Under the pieces are notes generated by a model that did no database searches, was not told the origin of the DNA, and saw nothing but the letters and a program-made list of their open reading frames with translations. A DNA stretch of 63,840 bases, counting the filler, from Octopus bimaculoides (taxonomy: Eukaryota): the NCBI RefSeq assembly GCF_001194135.2. It is 5 parts of 5 records of this genome, joined end to end, with 100 filler letters (N's around TTAATTAATTAA, not from the genome) between each part and the next. Parts side by side here need not be neighbours in the genome. Positions count along the whole stretch, not along the records: positions 25,798 to 55,458 come from NC_068990.1; positions 55,559 to 60,462 come from NW_026439470.1; positions 60,563 to 63,840 come from NC_068997.1; 2 more parts are not named here. One strand, written 5' to 3'. This document shows, one piece after another, positions 51,634 to 62,192 of the stretch. The translations under genes were made by a program, and so were the position numbers. Every line of letters begins with the position of its first letter. The first letter of the stretch is position 1.

Positions 51634-52064
51634 NNNNNNNNNNNNNNNNNNNNNNNNNNNNNNNNNNNNNNNNNNNNNNNNNNNNNNNNNNNNNNNNNNN
51701 NNNNNNNNNNNNNNNNNNNNNNNNNNNNNNNNNNNNNNNNNNNNNNNNNNNNNNNNNNNNNNNNNNNNNNNNNNNNNNNNNNNNNNNNNNNNNNNNNNNN
51801 NNNNNNNNNNNNNNNNNNNNNNNNNNNNNNNNNNNNNNNNNNNNNNNNNNNNNNNNNNNNNNNNNNNNNNNNNNNNNNNNNNNNNNNNNNNNNNNNNNNN
51901 NNNNTGTATGAATAATACCATGCTAAATTCTGGTGCCTAAACTTAAGTACCATATTCACCTGAATCTATATATATATAAATATATATATATATATAGGTA
52001 CATATGTGTGTACGTGAGTGTGTGTGTGTGCGTGTGTGCGTGTGTGCGTGCGTGTATGTGTGTT

Positions 52065-52108
<44 letters not shown>

Positions 52109-52119
52109 CACTTGAGTTC

Positions 52120-52720
52120 AATTCGTCCTGTGCTCTCGAGCACAATGGACAACAAGTTGTTGGGTTTACACCACTAGTCTCAGTTGGTTGCTGTATTCTC
52201 TGCTTGTAGCCATAAGATATTGCTTTCCTCATATCGGTTATGAATGTTCTGCAGCATAGTAGTATTTCTTCCTCTTTTTTTCACTCTTCTTGGGTGTGTG
52301 CTGCATGTCACTCTACTTCAGGTCCCAGATATGTTTTGCTATCCTTATATTTTTCTTTCTCTGTGTGGATTTCAAATAAGGTTGGTTTGAAGTCACTATT
52401 GCACAGTCAATAGATATTTTTCGCTTTCCTTACTTGGTGTAACACAGGGGACTGCAGCTTTGTAAATTATTAAGCTAATCCTTCATGCCACGTCTAGTGC
52501 CTCTTTTTTTGAGTCCCTGAAGTTGCAGTTTGAAGTGGGCATTTTGCACTGCTTACGTAAAATGATGTTTTTTCATATTAAACCCCACTGATGTGAAGCT
52601 TTCACGGTATGTCCATTGAAGATTTTGTTGTATCTATGTCATTGAGGGAAATGTTTATCTATCAAAGCTATGAATATTTTGTAGCCACATTAGTCTTAAT
52701 ATTCAAGGAAAAAAGGGACA
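52120..52720 (-). mobile_element. Penelope-like element remnant (linker plus GIY-YIG)
   Basis: Frameshifted IKTNVATKY...DKHF, CNFRD and IAKHIWDLK segments, paralleling the 10.6-11.7 kb element. Confidence 0.65.
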
Positions 52721-52752
52721 GAGCTATATATTTTCCCTGACTCTATTTTCAG

Positions 52753-53340
52753 GCTTAGTTAATGGCTAATGATCGGTTTAAGATGTATGCTATATGCCCT
52801 TAGAGCCAATTGCAGCCAGGACGCTTACATAGAAGAGATTTGCTTTATCGAATTCCTTTAAAGGAATAGAGGTTAGAAATCCTATTACAAATGTAAGCTA
52901 TAAAATTTTTAATGACGATTGGAGGGTGGCAGCATTATTTTTCCTTTGGTTTATCATAGGACTTGTGTTTGAACTTATACCGAAGGTAGTATCGACTTTA
53001 GTGAGATTTGTTGCTACTGTGATTTTATGACCTGTACAACTAAAGACGAATATGAGATTTTTCCAAAAATTATCCAGGATGACCTTCGGAACCGTGTGAT
53101 ATACCATATCTTGGTATAAACCAATACCGTAAGAGGGAAACAGATTTTAGAATACCTAGTATAAAAAGCCATACTTGATCACATATATCAGCACAATTAT
53201 GTGAAATCTTAAGTAAGTCAAACAATTTGTTCGGTTGGGATTTGTTGTTCGAAGCTCCATCCATACTAAAAAGAAGGATTGACTCAACCATGCACGGTTA
53301 ACTCAATTTTCGTTGGTCAATAGTTATGTATATTCTGGCG
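52753..53340 (+). pseudogene. Possible degenerate first coding exon (signal-peptide-like start, Cys-rich)
   Basis: Acceptor ctattttcag; ATG at 52769 gives MIGLRCMLYALRANCSQDAYIEEICFIEFL*...EICCYCDFMTCTTKDEYEIFPKIIQDDLRNRVIYHILV*. It has about 11 stops in about 190 codons, close to the random expectation for this AT content, so support is only impressionistic. Confidence 0.22.
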
Positions 53341-53869
53341 AATTCGTTTCGTTTGGTTAATGGTAATATATCTTGCGGCGAATCCTATTGGTTTTTACAC
53401 CAACTTATCGAAATATTTAGCAATAAAATCTAAGATAGCAGTGGCCTGAAACTTGGGTCACGGGACAAACTCTAATCTTCAGTTTCAATAAAGTAAAAAT
53501 ATATCCTCCACATATATTGAGGACTTCTTTCTCATTCGTTTGACATGAAGCAACATACACGCATACGTACATAGACATACATGTATATACATTTACATAG
53601 ATTAGCACAAACACACACTAATTGCATTCATACAATCATTCACATGCTCACATACATAGAAATGCATGTATATGTGCTATGCTTACGCGAGGACGCTCGA
53701 TAGAAATGAAACATTTCCAAAGCTGTTACCTTACAGCTGAAAGTAAAACCACGCACCACTGAATTAATGTTAATTAATTGTTTAATTTTAATCAATTAAT
53801 ATTAATTAAAAGTTGTTGTCTTTTTTGACTAGTAGTAGTCATGTAAAAAATTATGTTGGCCGTCATTAA

Positions 53870-54164
53870 GAACGTAATTTTAATTGAATAAATCTTCGTG
53901 ACTTTCTCCAATGAGCATACTGTGGTTCAATTTACAATAAATTTCCGGCCAGTAAGTCTCAAGGTATTTTCTCCACTCATTCATTTGATTTATATCAAAT
54001 TTGTATGAAAAGTTCTTTAGAGATCTAAGATCTGAAGTAAGGGAAAGACTACGCCTCGATGAGGAGATTCGATAAGACTGAAACATGCACAAAGTTGTCA
54101 CTTACTGCTAACGATCTTTGCATTCCATATTCAAATAATTCGAATTCCTAATACATTTGTATAA
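53870..54164 (+). pseudogene. Degenerate Cys-rich (C-type-lectin-like?) exon remnant
   Basis: Ends at phase-1 donor A|gtaata (A+AC = Asn with the 54563 exon). The frame reads ...EI*DLK*GKDYASMRRFDKTETCTKLSLTANDLCIPYSNNSNS*YICI, resembling a CTLD C-terminus (W..g.P / xxCxx / ND..C / yIC), but has about five stops. The start is approximate. Confidence 0.33.
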
Positions 54165-54562
54165 GTAATACACAAAGTATGTTACCCTTCACTCTGCTAC
54201 ATTCATATATGTATACAAACATCTATCTATTTATATATTTGTCTCTTTGTTTGTCTGTCTATCTTCCTACCGATCTATTTCTCTCTCTCTCTCCCTCCCC
54301 CCTCTCTCTCNNNNNNNNNNCCTCCCCCCTCTCTCTCCCTCCCCCCTCTCTCTCGCTTCTTCTATATGCGTATCTACATTGAAACGTCAACTACTTCAGA
54401 CAAACCATCTTGTTTTTAACAGTTTGAACGATGGCGAAATAAACTGATGTTTAATAGATCCATGCCATATGTAAATAGATGTGAGACATGCAACCAATAC
54501 GTAGCTAAAAGATTGTACATTCCTTTTAGATCCAAGAATTCTAACATGCTATTTCGTTTCAG

Positions 54563-54847
54563 ACCCCAACTTTTCAGCAAATGTAAGCATGTGGACTAAT
54601 TTCTCTGATGAACAAAAGGACGCTATCCTCTGCAGACAGAGCAGCTACCTTGCAGACTTTGGACCCCTCTTCGTTGAATTATTCTACAACTAGTTTAATT
54701 ATTACTTCTACCTCAAAGGGGACGGATTTAATTGTGTTCTCTTTCCTTTCTTGTTCCGTTTTTACTCACCGTTTGCATTCGATTGCATTCGATTGCATTC
54801 GATTGCAATAAACATAAGAAAAATCCGTGAAAATAATTTTCAAAACT
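54563..54847 (+). pseudogene. Probable upstream ectodomain exon of the adhesion GPCR, with one in-frame TAG
   Basis: Acceptor ttcgtttcag|AC and a weak phase-1 donor T|gtaaag at 54848. Of 94 codons only one is a stop (TAG 54691-54693): PNFSANVSMWTNFSDEQKDAILCRQSSYLADFGPLFVELFYN*FNYYFYLKGDGFNCVLFPF...NNFQN. Phase 1 at both ends joins the 54164 donor and the 56908 exon in frame. Confidence 0.5.
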
Positions 54848-55163
54848 GTAAAGTATTCAAAAGAATAATGATTATATATCAACATTTATATAGATTATAT
54901 TTCAAGCTTCATTACATATAAAAACTCTGGCGTACACAAAAACTATTTTAATTTAACTAAAGTTGTAATTTCTAAGTTCTCAGTACATAGCCACAAGGCT
55001 CAGATTTAAATCTATGACAAATAATTAATCGTTCTGAAAAGCAAAAGTTTGCAAAAATTCTATCAGAAACTTGAAAATAATAAATTCTAGACTTCTCAAG
55101 AGTATCAATGGAAATGTGAAGAAAAAAAAATTCATTTCATGACTGTATTTTCTGTTTTTACTA

Positions 55164-55227
<64 letters not shown>

Positions 55228-55254
55228 CATTATTATCACTATTTTTAACATTCA

Positions 55255-55458
55255 TTGAAAGCTGCCATACTCAGAGTAACGTCCAAATGAACCAGGACCA
55301 CTTGATTCGAGCATGTAGTTGATTTAGATCTAATATAGAAATTGTAGAAGCTGAAGGTGGCTTTATTGAATGCCGTTATAGAAAAGAAGGTTTATTCACA
55401 CCCTCATATCATTGGTTGATAAATAAAGTCATTACCTGTTATTATATATCTGTTTTAT
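55255..55458 (+). mobile_element. Tc1/mariner transposase 3' fragment
   Basis: MNQDHLIRACS*FRSNIEIVEAEGGFIE, a typical C-terminal motif. A similar EAEGG fragment lies near 46950. Confidence 0.55.
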
Positions 55459-55559
55459 NNNNNNNNNNNNNNNNNNNNNNNNNNNNNNNNNNNNNNNNNN
55501 NNTTAATTAATTAANNNNNNNNNNNNNNNNNNNNNNNNNNNNNNNNNNNNNNNNNNNNA

Positions 55560-56160
55560 ATGCCCAAAAAAAAGTTTAAGTTTCGAGCCTACACTCTTCG
55601 TTACAAAGGATTATGAGGAATCAAATAAAGACATAATAAACAAAAAACGGAGACAATAACTGTGTAGAGTTTAGCGGTCCAACATGGTGGGCTAGAAAAA
55701 AAAGAGGTTGGATAAAAGGGAGATAATAATAAAAACGGTAATGGTGACCCAAGGGAACTAACGTGTGCAAACGTGTGTATGTACAAGAGAATGGTTTGTG
55801 CCTGAGTATGTGTTAATGGAGACGAGTGTGTCTAACGTCTGTGTGTTGTGTGTAGCTGTTGCTGTGTGTGCTTCTTTCGGTGGTGTGTGCACGTGTGTCT
55901 GTCTGTATGTGTGTGTGTGACGAAATAGTGTGCATGTGTGTAGTGTATGTTTGTGGGCGAAAGTTATCTTCGTCTGCGCGTGTTGCCTGTGTTTATGAGT
56001 GTTACGTGTGCGTATATATATTACCTGTTTTCAAGTATTATGTACATTGTTTAGGCATTACGTGCTTGTGTGAGTGTAGGAGTGTGAATAATTGTATGTG
56101 GTATGTTTGTTGAGTTAAAGAGTGTATGTGTCTAATCGTATAGTGGTATGTGTGGTGGTA
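55560..56160 (-). mobile_element. Penelope-associated pLTR-like repeat with a decayed hammerhead; related fragments at 1-90 and 8650-8740
   Basis: Minus strand ...AACGA-A-GAG-TGTAGG-CTC-GAAA-C at 55575-55604. Family relationship inferred from recalled Octopus repeats. Confidence 0.35.
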
Positions 56161-56907
56161 CATACATATAATGCGCATGATACCTCAGCAGTCAAGTACG
56201 TTCACTAATAAATAGAGGACAAGGGGCGACTTCCGGCTGATACACGGTGTCACTACTTCTCTAATGGAAGATTCAGCCCACCGGAAGAAGCTTGGTACTT
56301 TAGCCGGGATTTACAGGAGTTACAGAACGGAGTGTCATGTCGTGAAATGGATTAAGTGAACCATTCTTTTATTATAATACTGTGACTGGTCCCTGGTTCT
56401 CGAACTATTTGCGACAACCTGTCATACCAAGTATTCAAGAGGACCCTTGAAGATGTAGAGTTTATTTCGGACAAGATTTGGCACCCCACAACATGTCGGC
56501 TCATCCCTCTTCAGTCAGAGTCCATCTTTTTTAATGACTGCCTCCATGTCACTGCCTTAAATATCCATGCTTTGTACTTATCTCACTAAGGAAGTAAATC
56601 TTTCTTTCCTGAAACATCACGGAAGGTTGATGGTGAGGCATTTTCGAGGGAATTGATTTATAGTTCAATGTTGAGGTCATCCCTGGCTTGCCTCAATGAG
56701 ACTATTTAATAATTAGAAAATGTCCTTTCTAACATAATGAGCAGATTCCTGTTAGCACAAGAGTATATCTCTCCAGATATACTGATAGCGATTCATCAAT
56801 CATTCCCCTCAACTAAACCGGCACATCCAAACTATTTATTTACAATAGCAACTACTACTACTACTACTACTTACTTTTATCATATACATGTTTTGCTTCT
56901 TTTCCAG

Positions 56908-57019
56908 GGTTTTGTAATGACAACACAACCTCAAATAATGGTATTTTCCATTGGCCAGTAACGAAAATAGGAAGTAATGCGACGATTCCATGTCATGCAA
57001 ATGTAGCAACAAGATACTG
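56908..57019 (+). CDS. Adhesion GPCR exon, first half of HormR (hormone-receptor) domain
   Basis: Acceptor cttttccag|GG and donor TG|gttcgt. Reads (x)GG-FCNDNTTSNNGIFHWPVTKIGSNATIPCHANVATRY-TG, matching the HormR pattern C-x-G-x-x-W-P-x-T-x-G-x-P-C-x-A-x-R-x-C. The terminal TG plus the first T of the next exon makes the conserved Cys. Not in the ORF track because it is short. Confidence 0.88.
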
Positions 57020-57309
57020 GTTCGTTTCTATTGTTTTGTTTCTTCTCAGAATCGGAAGTTTTCAGTGTCATCCTATTGCGAGAGAGTGTTACATGGGAGA
57101 GGAAGTAAAACACCAAGAGAGATTAAGATCACGGGATTAATGTCCTTCGGTTGAAATCACTTGTCAAAATAATTTTTACATTTTATATAGTGTTTTATAT
57201 ATTTGCTTTATATATTATGTGTTTTGTAAGTGTTTTATATATTATGTGACACAATTTTGCTTTGGTCTAACTTCCAAGTTTTGATTTGTTACCAATATTA
57301 GACAAAGAC

Positions 57310-57520
57310 TGAAGGCAGACTGGCAGAATCGTTAACTCGTCAGGCGAAATGTGTAGCAAAACTTCGTCTGTCTTTACTTTCTGATATCAAATTCCGTCGA
57401 GGTTAACTTTACCTTTCATCTTTAGGAATCGATAAAATATGCACCATTTGAGCATTGGGGTTGGTGCAATAGACTAAGCCTCTCCTCCGTAATTGCTGGT
57501 CTTGTGCCAACATTTCAAAG
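57310..57520 (+). mobile_element. Family A SINE (intronic); another at about 59685-59880
   Basis: CTGGCAGAATCGTTA head and family A core. Confidence 0.75.
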
Positions 57521-57738
57521 TAATATTAAACAAAACATAAGCTCGTCTACTTGGAAGATTCATTTTATATTTATTTTGAGGATAGGGATCTGGAATAAAT
57601 AATAGATGTCTCACAAAAACGCATTACACTGTTTACCCTTCTTTCACTAGATTATGAGTTCAAATCACAACCAAATCTATAGTCTCTTTATTCCTCTGAC
57701 ATTGATGAAAAGAGAATGTTTTACATTTATTTTTTCAG

Positions 57739-57878
57739 TTCTTCAAGCCAATCTATGGCATCACTAAAATGTTCACCATTTGTTGGTATCTGGCAAGAAC
57801 CAGACATGACACAGTGTTACAATACAGAGTGGATCACTCGACGACTAAACGACATCAGAAGCGAAGACATTGATCAAA
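57739..57878 (+). CDS. Adhesion GPCR exon, second half of HormR domain into GAIN linker
   Basis: Acceptor tttttcag|T and donor A|gtaagc. The 140 nt read T-SSSQSMASLKCSPFVGIWQEPDMTQCYNTEWITRRLNDIRSEDIDQ-A, containing the HormR G-x-W-x-x-P-D-x-x-x-C motif. Phase-compatible with both neighbouring exons. Confidence 0.9.
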
Positions 57879-57950
57879 GTAAGCGAGTAATTGTGTTTCG
57901 AAATACTTTTACTGTGTCTTTACATTTCTCTTTCATTACGACCAGCATAT

Positions 57951-57987
<37 letters not shown>

Positions 57988-58460
57988 TGTGTGCCTGTGT
58001 GTGTGAGTGTGTGTGTGTGTGTGTTCCTAATGAATATTATCTATCAAGCGGTAGCACACCGCATTCTCCCTTTTCTTTTCTCCACCAATATATTCATCTC
58101 GTCCAATTGCAGATCAAATGATTCACTTATGGAAACGTTATGACACAATTTATTAATTAGGAGAGTTGAGTTTATTACTATATCGTTAAAAATACTACCC
58201 ACCTAACTTTCTGCCGACAGGCTGACTACATAGAGAAGACGAAAACCAGCAAAGATAATTACTGGTACATACTTCTCCGCAGACAATATGTTGGGTTATA
58301 AATCTACAATGACGCTGTCCACATAGCTGTTTATCATAGAATATGAGCAATTTACCTCTCTCAAATGTTATAGCACTGTAAAATTGAAGATATTTTCTTA
58401 AGCATACAGTAATTTGATGACTTCAGTTTCTTATAAGATCTTGATGAAAACCTTAAAATA

Positions 58461-59668
58461 TTAGGTTGGCAACTAAGTTCCCACCGTTTTTTAAAAATTT
58501 CAATTAATGAATAATGTGTTCACCCTTGTTGTTTACAAGTTCTTCCCAACGTTCAACAAGATTTTCAATACCTCGTTGGTAGGAATCACCCGATTTCGAC
58601 TCGAAAAATTGATCCAACCAAGCTTTCAATTCTACATCAGTATTGAACAAATCTCCACGCATAGCATTTGAAAGAGATTGAAAGAGGTAGAAATCCGTTA
58701 CTACCAAATCAGGAAAGTACGACGGGTGTAGCAGCAATTCCCATCCATGCGTTTTAATGGCTTCCTTTGTCATATTGGCGATATGAAGACGGGCGTTGAT
58801 GTGCAGCAGAAGAACTCCATGCTGCCAATTAGGTCTTTTCTCTTGCATGATCCGTGTTGAATCGTTCCACCGGTGGAAACATAGAGTTCCGCGTTGACTG
58901 TTTGGTTCCGTTCAAGCAATTCGTAATGGATAATCCCTTCTCAGTCCCACCATACAACATCATTTTACGCGTATGAAGATGTCGCTTGTTTACCGGGGCT
59001 AAGCCATTCCTTACGCTGCTTCATATTGATGTACAGGCACCATTTTCCGTCGCCAATAACGATTTGGTAAAGAAAACGTTGTTTGTGTCCATGACTTGAG
59101 CAGTGACGAGCAAGCAAACCAGCGGAGATTGTGGCTTGTTCAATTTTTGTTGTTGTCACTTAAAGCATGCGGAACCCATCCTCCATACTTCTGAACCTTT
59201 CCCGTCGAGTGAAGATGCTTCTCTGTAGCGGTGTGGGAGCATTCCTTTTTCTCTGCCAGTTCCTTGTCGTTTGACGAGAATTTTCGTGCAAAAGTTGGAT
59301 TAATCGCTTTCCATCGAACTCAACTAGATGGCCAGAACGAGGTGCTTCTTTGAGGTTGAAATTTCCATTTTTGAACTTGGCATACCAATCATGAGCGGTT
59401 CTTTCCGCTATGGCACCCTCTCCATACACAGCACAAATGTCGCGAGCAGTTTTTGTGGCCTTAGAACCTTGATTAAAAGGAAAAAGGAGGTGTCGAAAAT
59501 GCTCGTTTTTCTTAACTTGACATTCCGTTTTAATGATCTGAAAATAAACAAAAATAGATTCCAAAATGATTCAAAAATATAATTCTCGAAAATAAAATAG
59601 ATTCCAAAGTTTAAAAGCGCAATAAATTCCCAATTTAAAAAACGGTGGTAATTTAGTTGACGACCCAA
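58461..59668 (-). mobile_element. Full-length inactive mariner (DD34D) transposon in a receptor intron
   Basis: TA flanks at 58459-60 and 59669-70. TIRs of about 32 bp: TTAGGTTGGCAACTAAGTTCCCACCGTTTTTT / AAAAAACGGTGGTAATTTAGTTGACGACCCAA. The broken ORF carries an HTH (WYAKFKNGNFNLKEAPRSG), GDGKW, LHINAR (second D mutated) and HPSYFPDLVVTDFYLF. Confidence 0.95.
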
Positions 59669-60290
59669 TATTAATGTTTAGATTGAGGAAGTGAGCTGGC
59701 AGAATCGTTAGCGCGCCGGGCGAAGGAGGTGCTTGCGGCATTTCGTCTGACTTTCTGAGTTCAAATTCCGCTGAGGTTCACTTTACTTTTCATCCTTTCG
59801 GAGTCGGGTACTGGGGGTCAATGTAATTGACTTACACCCTCCCTCAGAATTGTTGACCTTGTGCCAAAATTTCAAATTAGTATTATTCCTTAGAACAGCG
59901 ACCCTCTAGATTCACCTTGGAATTGGAAAAATAATTGCGTTGAAATTAATAGCTGTTTATGTTGTTTGGTGTATCGTAATTCATTGTCAATGATATTATG
60001 TACAAACACCCTTCCACCACCATCAAGTATCACCTATTAAGTGCTCCCTAGTGTTGTGTAACTCCCCCGCTGTTCCAGTTAATGTTACAGAGCAGGAGAC
60101 CCTAAGGCTATATGAGTATAGTACTGATCAACTGAACATATTCAGCAATTTTTTGTGCTCTTTGAAGTCGGAGTGGTTAATTAACTTGCGGTGACTCATT
60201 AATTGTTTTGTGACATTTAATTTGCATTTAATGTTTGAACTCAAATCGATTGTAATTCCATTAAATTTCATGTACAATTTTTCATTGCAG

Positions 60291-60462
60291 GGAATATCGA
60301 CGATATTTCGAAAGAGGTCTTAAATGTTTCGCAGAAATCAGTGTATTTCAAGCATCAAGATATTGACTTGGATGTAGATATTCTTGAGAAAATGGCGCCA
60401 TTGATATCGAACGTGTCTGCTAATATAGCACTGGACAATATACTTCTTTGTATCAACAATAT
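60291..60462 (+). CDS. Adhesion GPCR exon, helical N-terminal part of GAIN domain (cut off by assembly gap)
   Basis: Acceptor ttcattgcag|GG; A+GG = Arg, then an open frame NIDDISKEVLNVSQKSVYFKHQDIDLDVDILEKMAPLISNVSANIALDNILLCINN to the gap at 60463. The amphipathic pattern (D-I-x-L-x-V-D-I-L-E; I-N-N) resembles GAIN subdomain A, which directly follows HormR in adhesion GPCRs. Confidence 0.8.
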
Positions 60463-60589
60463 NNNNNNNNNNNNNNNNNNNNNNNNNNNNNNNNNNNNNN
60501 NNNNNNTTAATTAATTAANNNNNNNNNNNNNNNNNNNNNNNNNNNNNNNNNNNNNNNNNNNNTATATATATATATATATATATATATAT

Positions 60590-60971
60590 CGTGGTACTCC
60601 GTCAGTTACGACAACGAAGGTTCCAGTTGATCCGATCAACGGAACAGCCTGCTCGTGAAATGAACGTGTAAGTGGCTGAGCACTCCACAGACACGTGTAT
60701 CCTTAACGTAGTTTTCGGGCAGATTCAGCGTGACACAGAGTGTGACAAGGCTGGCCTTTTGAAATACAGGTACAACAGAAACAGGAAGAAAGAGTGAGAG
60801 AAAATTGCGATGAAAGAATACAGTAGTGTTCGCCACCACCCCCAGCCGGTGCCTCGTGGAGATTTAGGTGTTTTCGCTTAATAAACACTCACAACACCCG
60901 GTCAGGGAATCGAAACCGCCATCCTATGAATGCGAGTCCGCTGCCTGATTCACTGGGCCATTGCGCCTCCA
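60590..60971 (-). mobile_element. Family D SINE
   Basis: Collinear with 46193-46573. Confidence 0.88.
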
Positions 60972-61084
60972 CACAAACATACACATACACATACACACAG
61001 AATTATATTTGGAGACAGTCATCTTTTACTAATGAAATACACGCACTATTTATTTGATGTTCACTTTATGCTACTAGTTTCTTT

Positions 61085-61127
61085 GTCGGAGTTCTTTCGA
61101 TAAATATTCTATTCCCTCTTCAACGAC
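61085..61127 (-). ncRNA. Hammerhead-like motif, C3U variant, left arm of an inverted repeat
   Basis: Minus strand GTCG-TTGAAGA-GG(GAATA-GAA-TATTT)ATC-GAAA-G-AA-CTC-CGAC. Stem I GTCG/CGAC is perfect, stem II imperfect. Confidence 0.5.
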
Positions 61128-61582
61128 TTTGTGTCCCCCTTGGTCTCTCATTCTCTCTGGCCTTATTTTGTCTATTCTATTTTGTCATTCCATAAGGGGA
61201 CGGCGCATTGCATAGGTGAGAGAATGAGTAAACAGTGGTTGGAACTCAACTCGTTAGTGCCTTACTAATTAGGGTGTGGAGGCTCGATTGATAACATAGA
61301 TGTTAGAATCTTATCAATGCATAGAACAGTCACAACACTCAGACAAATTATGTAGGTCACACACACGATAGAAAAAAGAAATGGCTCAAGAGAAAAGGTA
61401 ATTGGAGTAATAACACCCCACACCACCCTACCATGCTACGCAGCATGATGACTCAAGACAGAATGAAAAAAAAACTAATGACACAGAAACAAACAGTGTC
61501 ATATAGAAATATATATACAGGCATACAAAATAGAATAAACAGGACAAGTCCAGAGAGGACACGAGACACGAGAGACAGAAAC

Positions 61583-61623
61583 TCGTTGAAGAGCTCACAG
61601 AGTGTGAGACGAAAGAACTCTGA
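61583..61623 (+). ncRNA. Hammerhead-like motif, C3U variant, right arm of an inverted repeat
   Basis: TCG-TTGAAGA-G-CTCACA-GAG-TGTGAG-A-C-GAAA-G-AA-CTC-TGA. Long stem II, same core and stem III as the left copy. Confidence 0.55.
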
Positions 61624-62003
61624 CAAATAAACTACTATTAATAATAATAATTCTTTCTACTAAAGCAGAGGTTCTCAAACTCCCCCCCCCNNNNNNNNNN
61701 NNNNNNNNNNNNNNNNNNNNNNNNNNNNNNNNNNNNNNNNNNNNNNNNNNNNNNNNNNNNNNNNNNNNNNNNNNNNNNNNNNNNNNNNNNNNNNNNNNNN
61801 NNNNNNNNNNNNNNNNNNNNNNNNNNNNNNNNNNNNNNNNNNNNNNNNNNNNNNNNNNNNNNNNNNNNNNNNNNNNNNNNNNNNNNNNNNNNNNNNNNNN
61901 NNNNNNNNNNNNNNNNNNNNNNNNNNNNNNNNNNNNNNNNNNNNNNNNNNNNNNNNNNNNNNNNNNNNNNNNNNNNNNNNNNNNNNNNNNNNNNNNNNNN
62001 NNN

Positions 62004-62136
<133 letters not shown>

Positions 62137-62140
62137 AGTA

Positions 62141-62176
<36 letters not shown>

Positions 62177-62192
62177 TATTATATTAATATAA

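Noticed and set aside
53880-54101. Minus-strand ORF (SYRISS...WRKYLETYWPEIYCKL) with an acceptor-like site; also minus donor-like sites at about 54105 and 54770
   Set aside because: No partner exons or recognisable domain. It is better explained as the antisense shadow of the + strand exon remnant.
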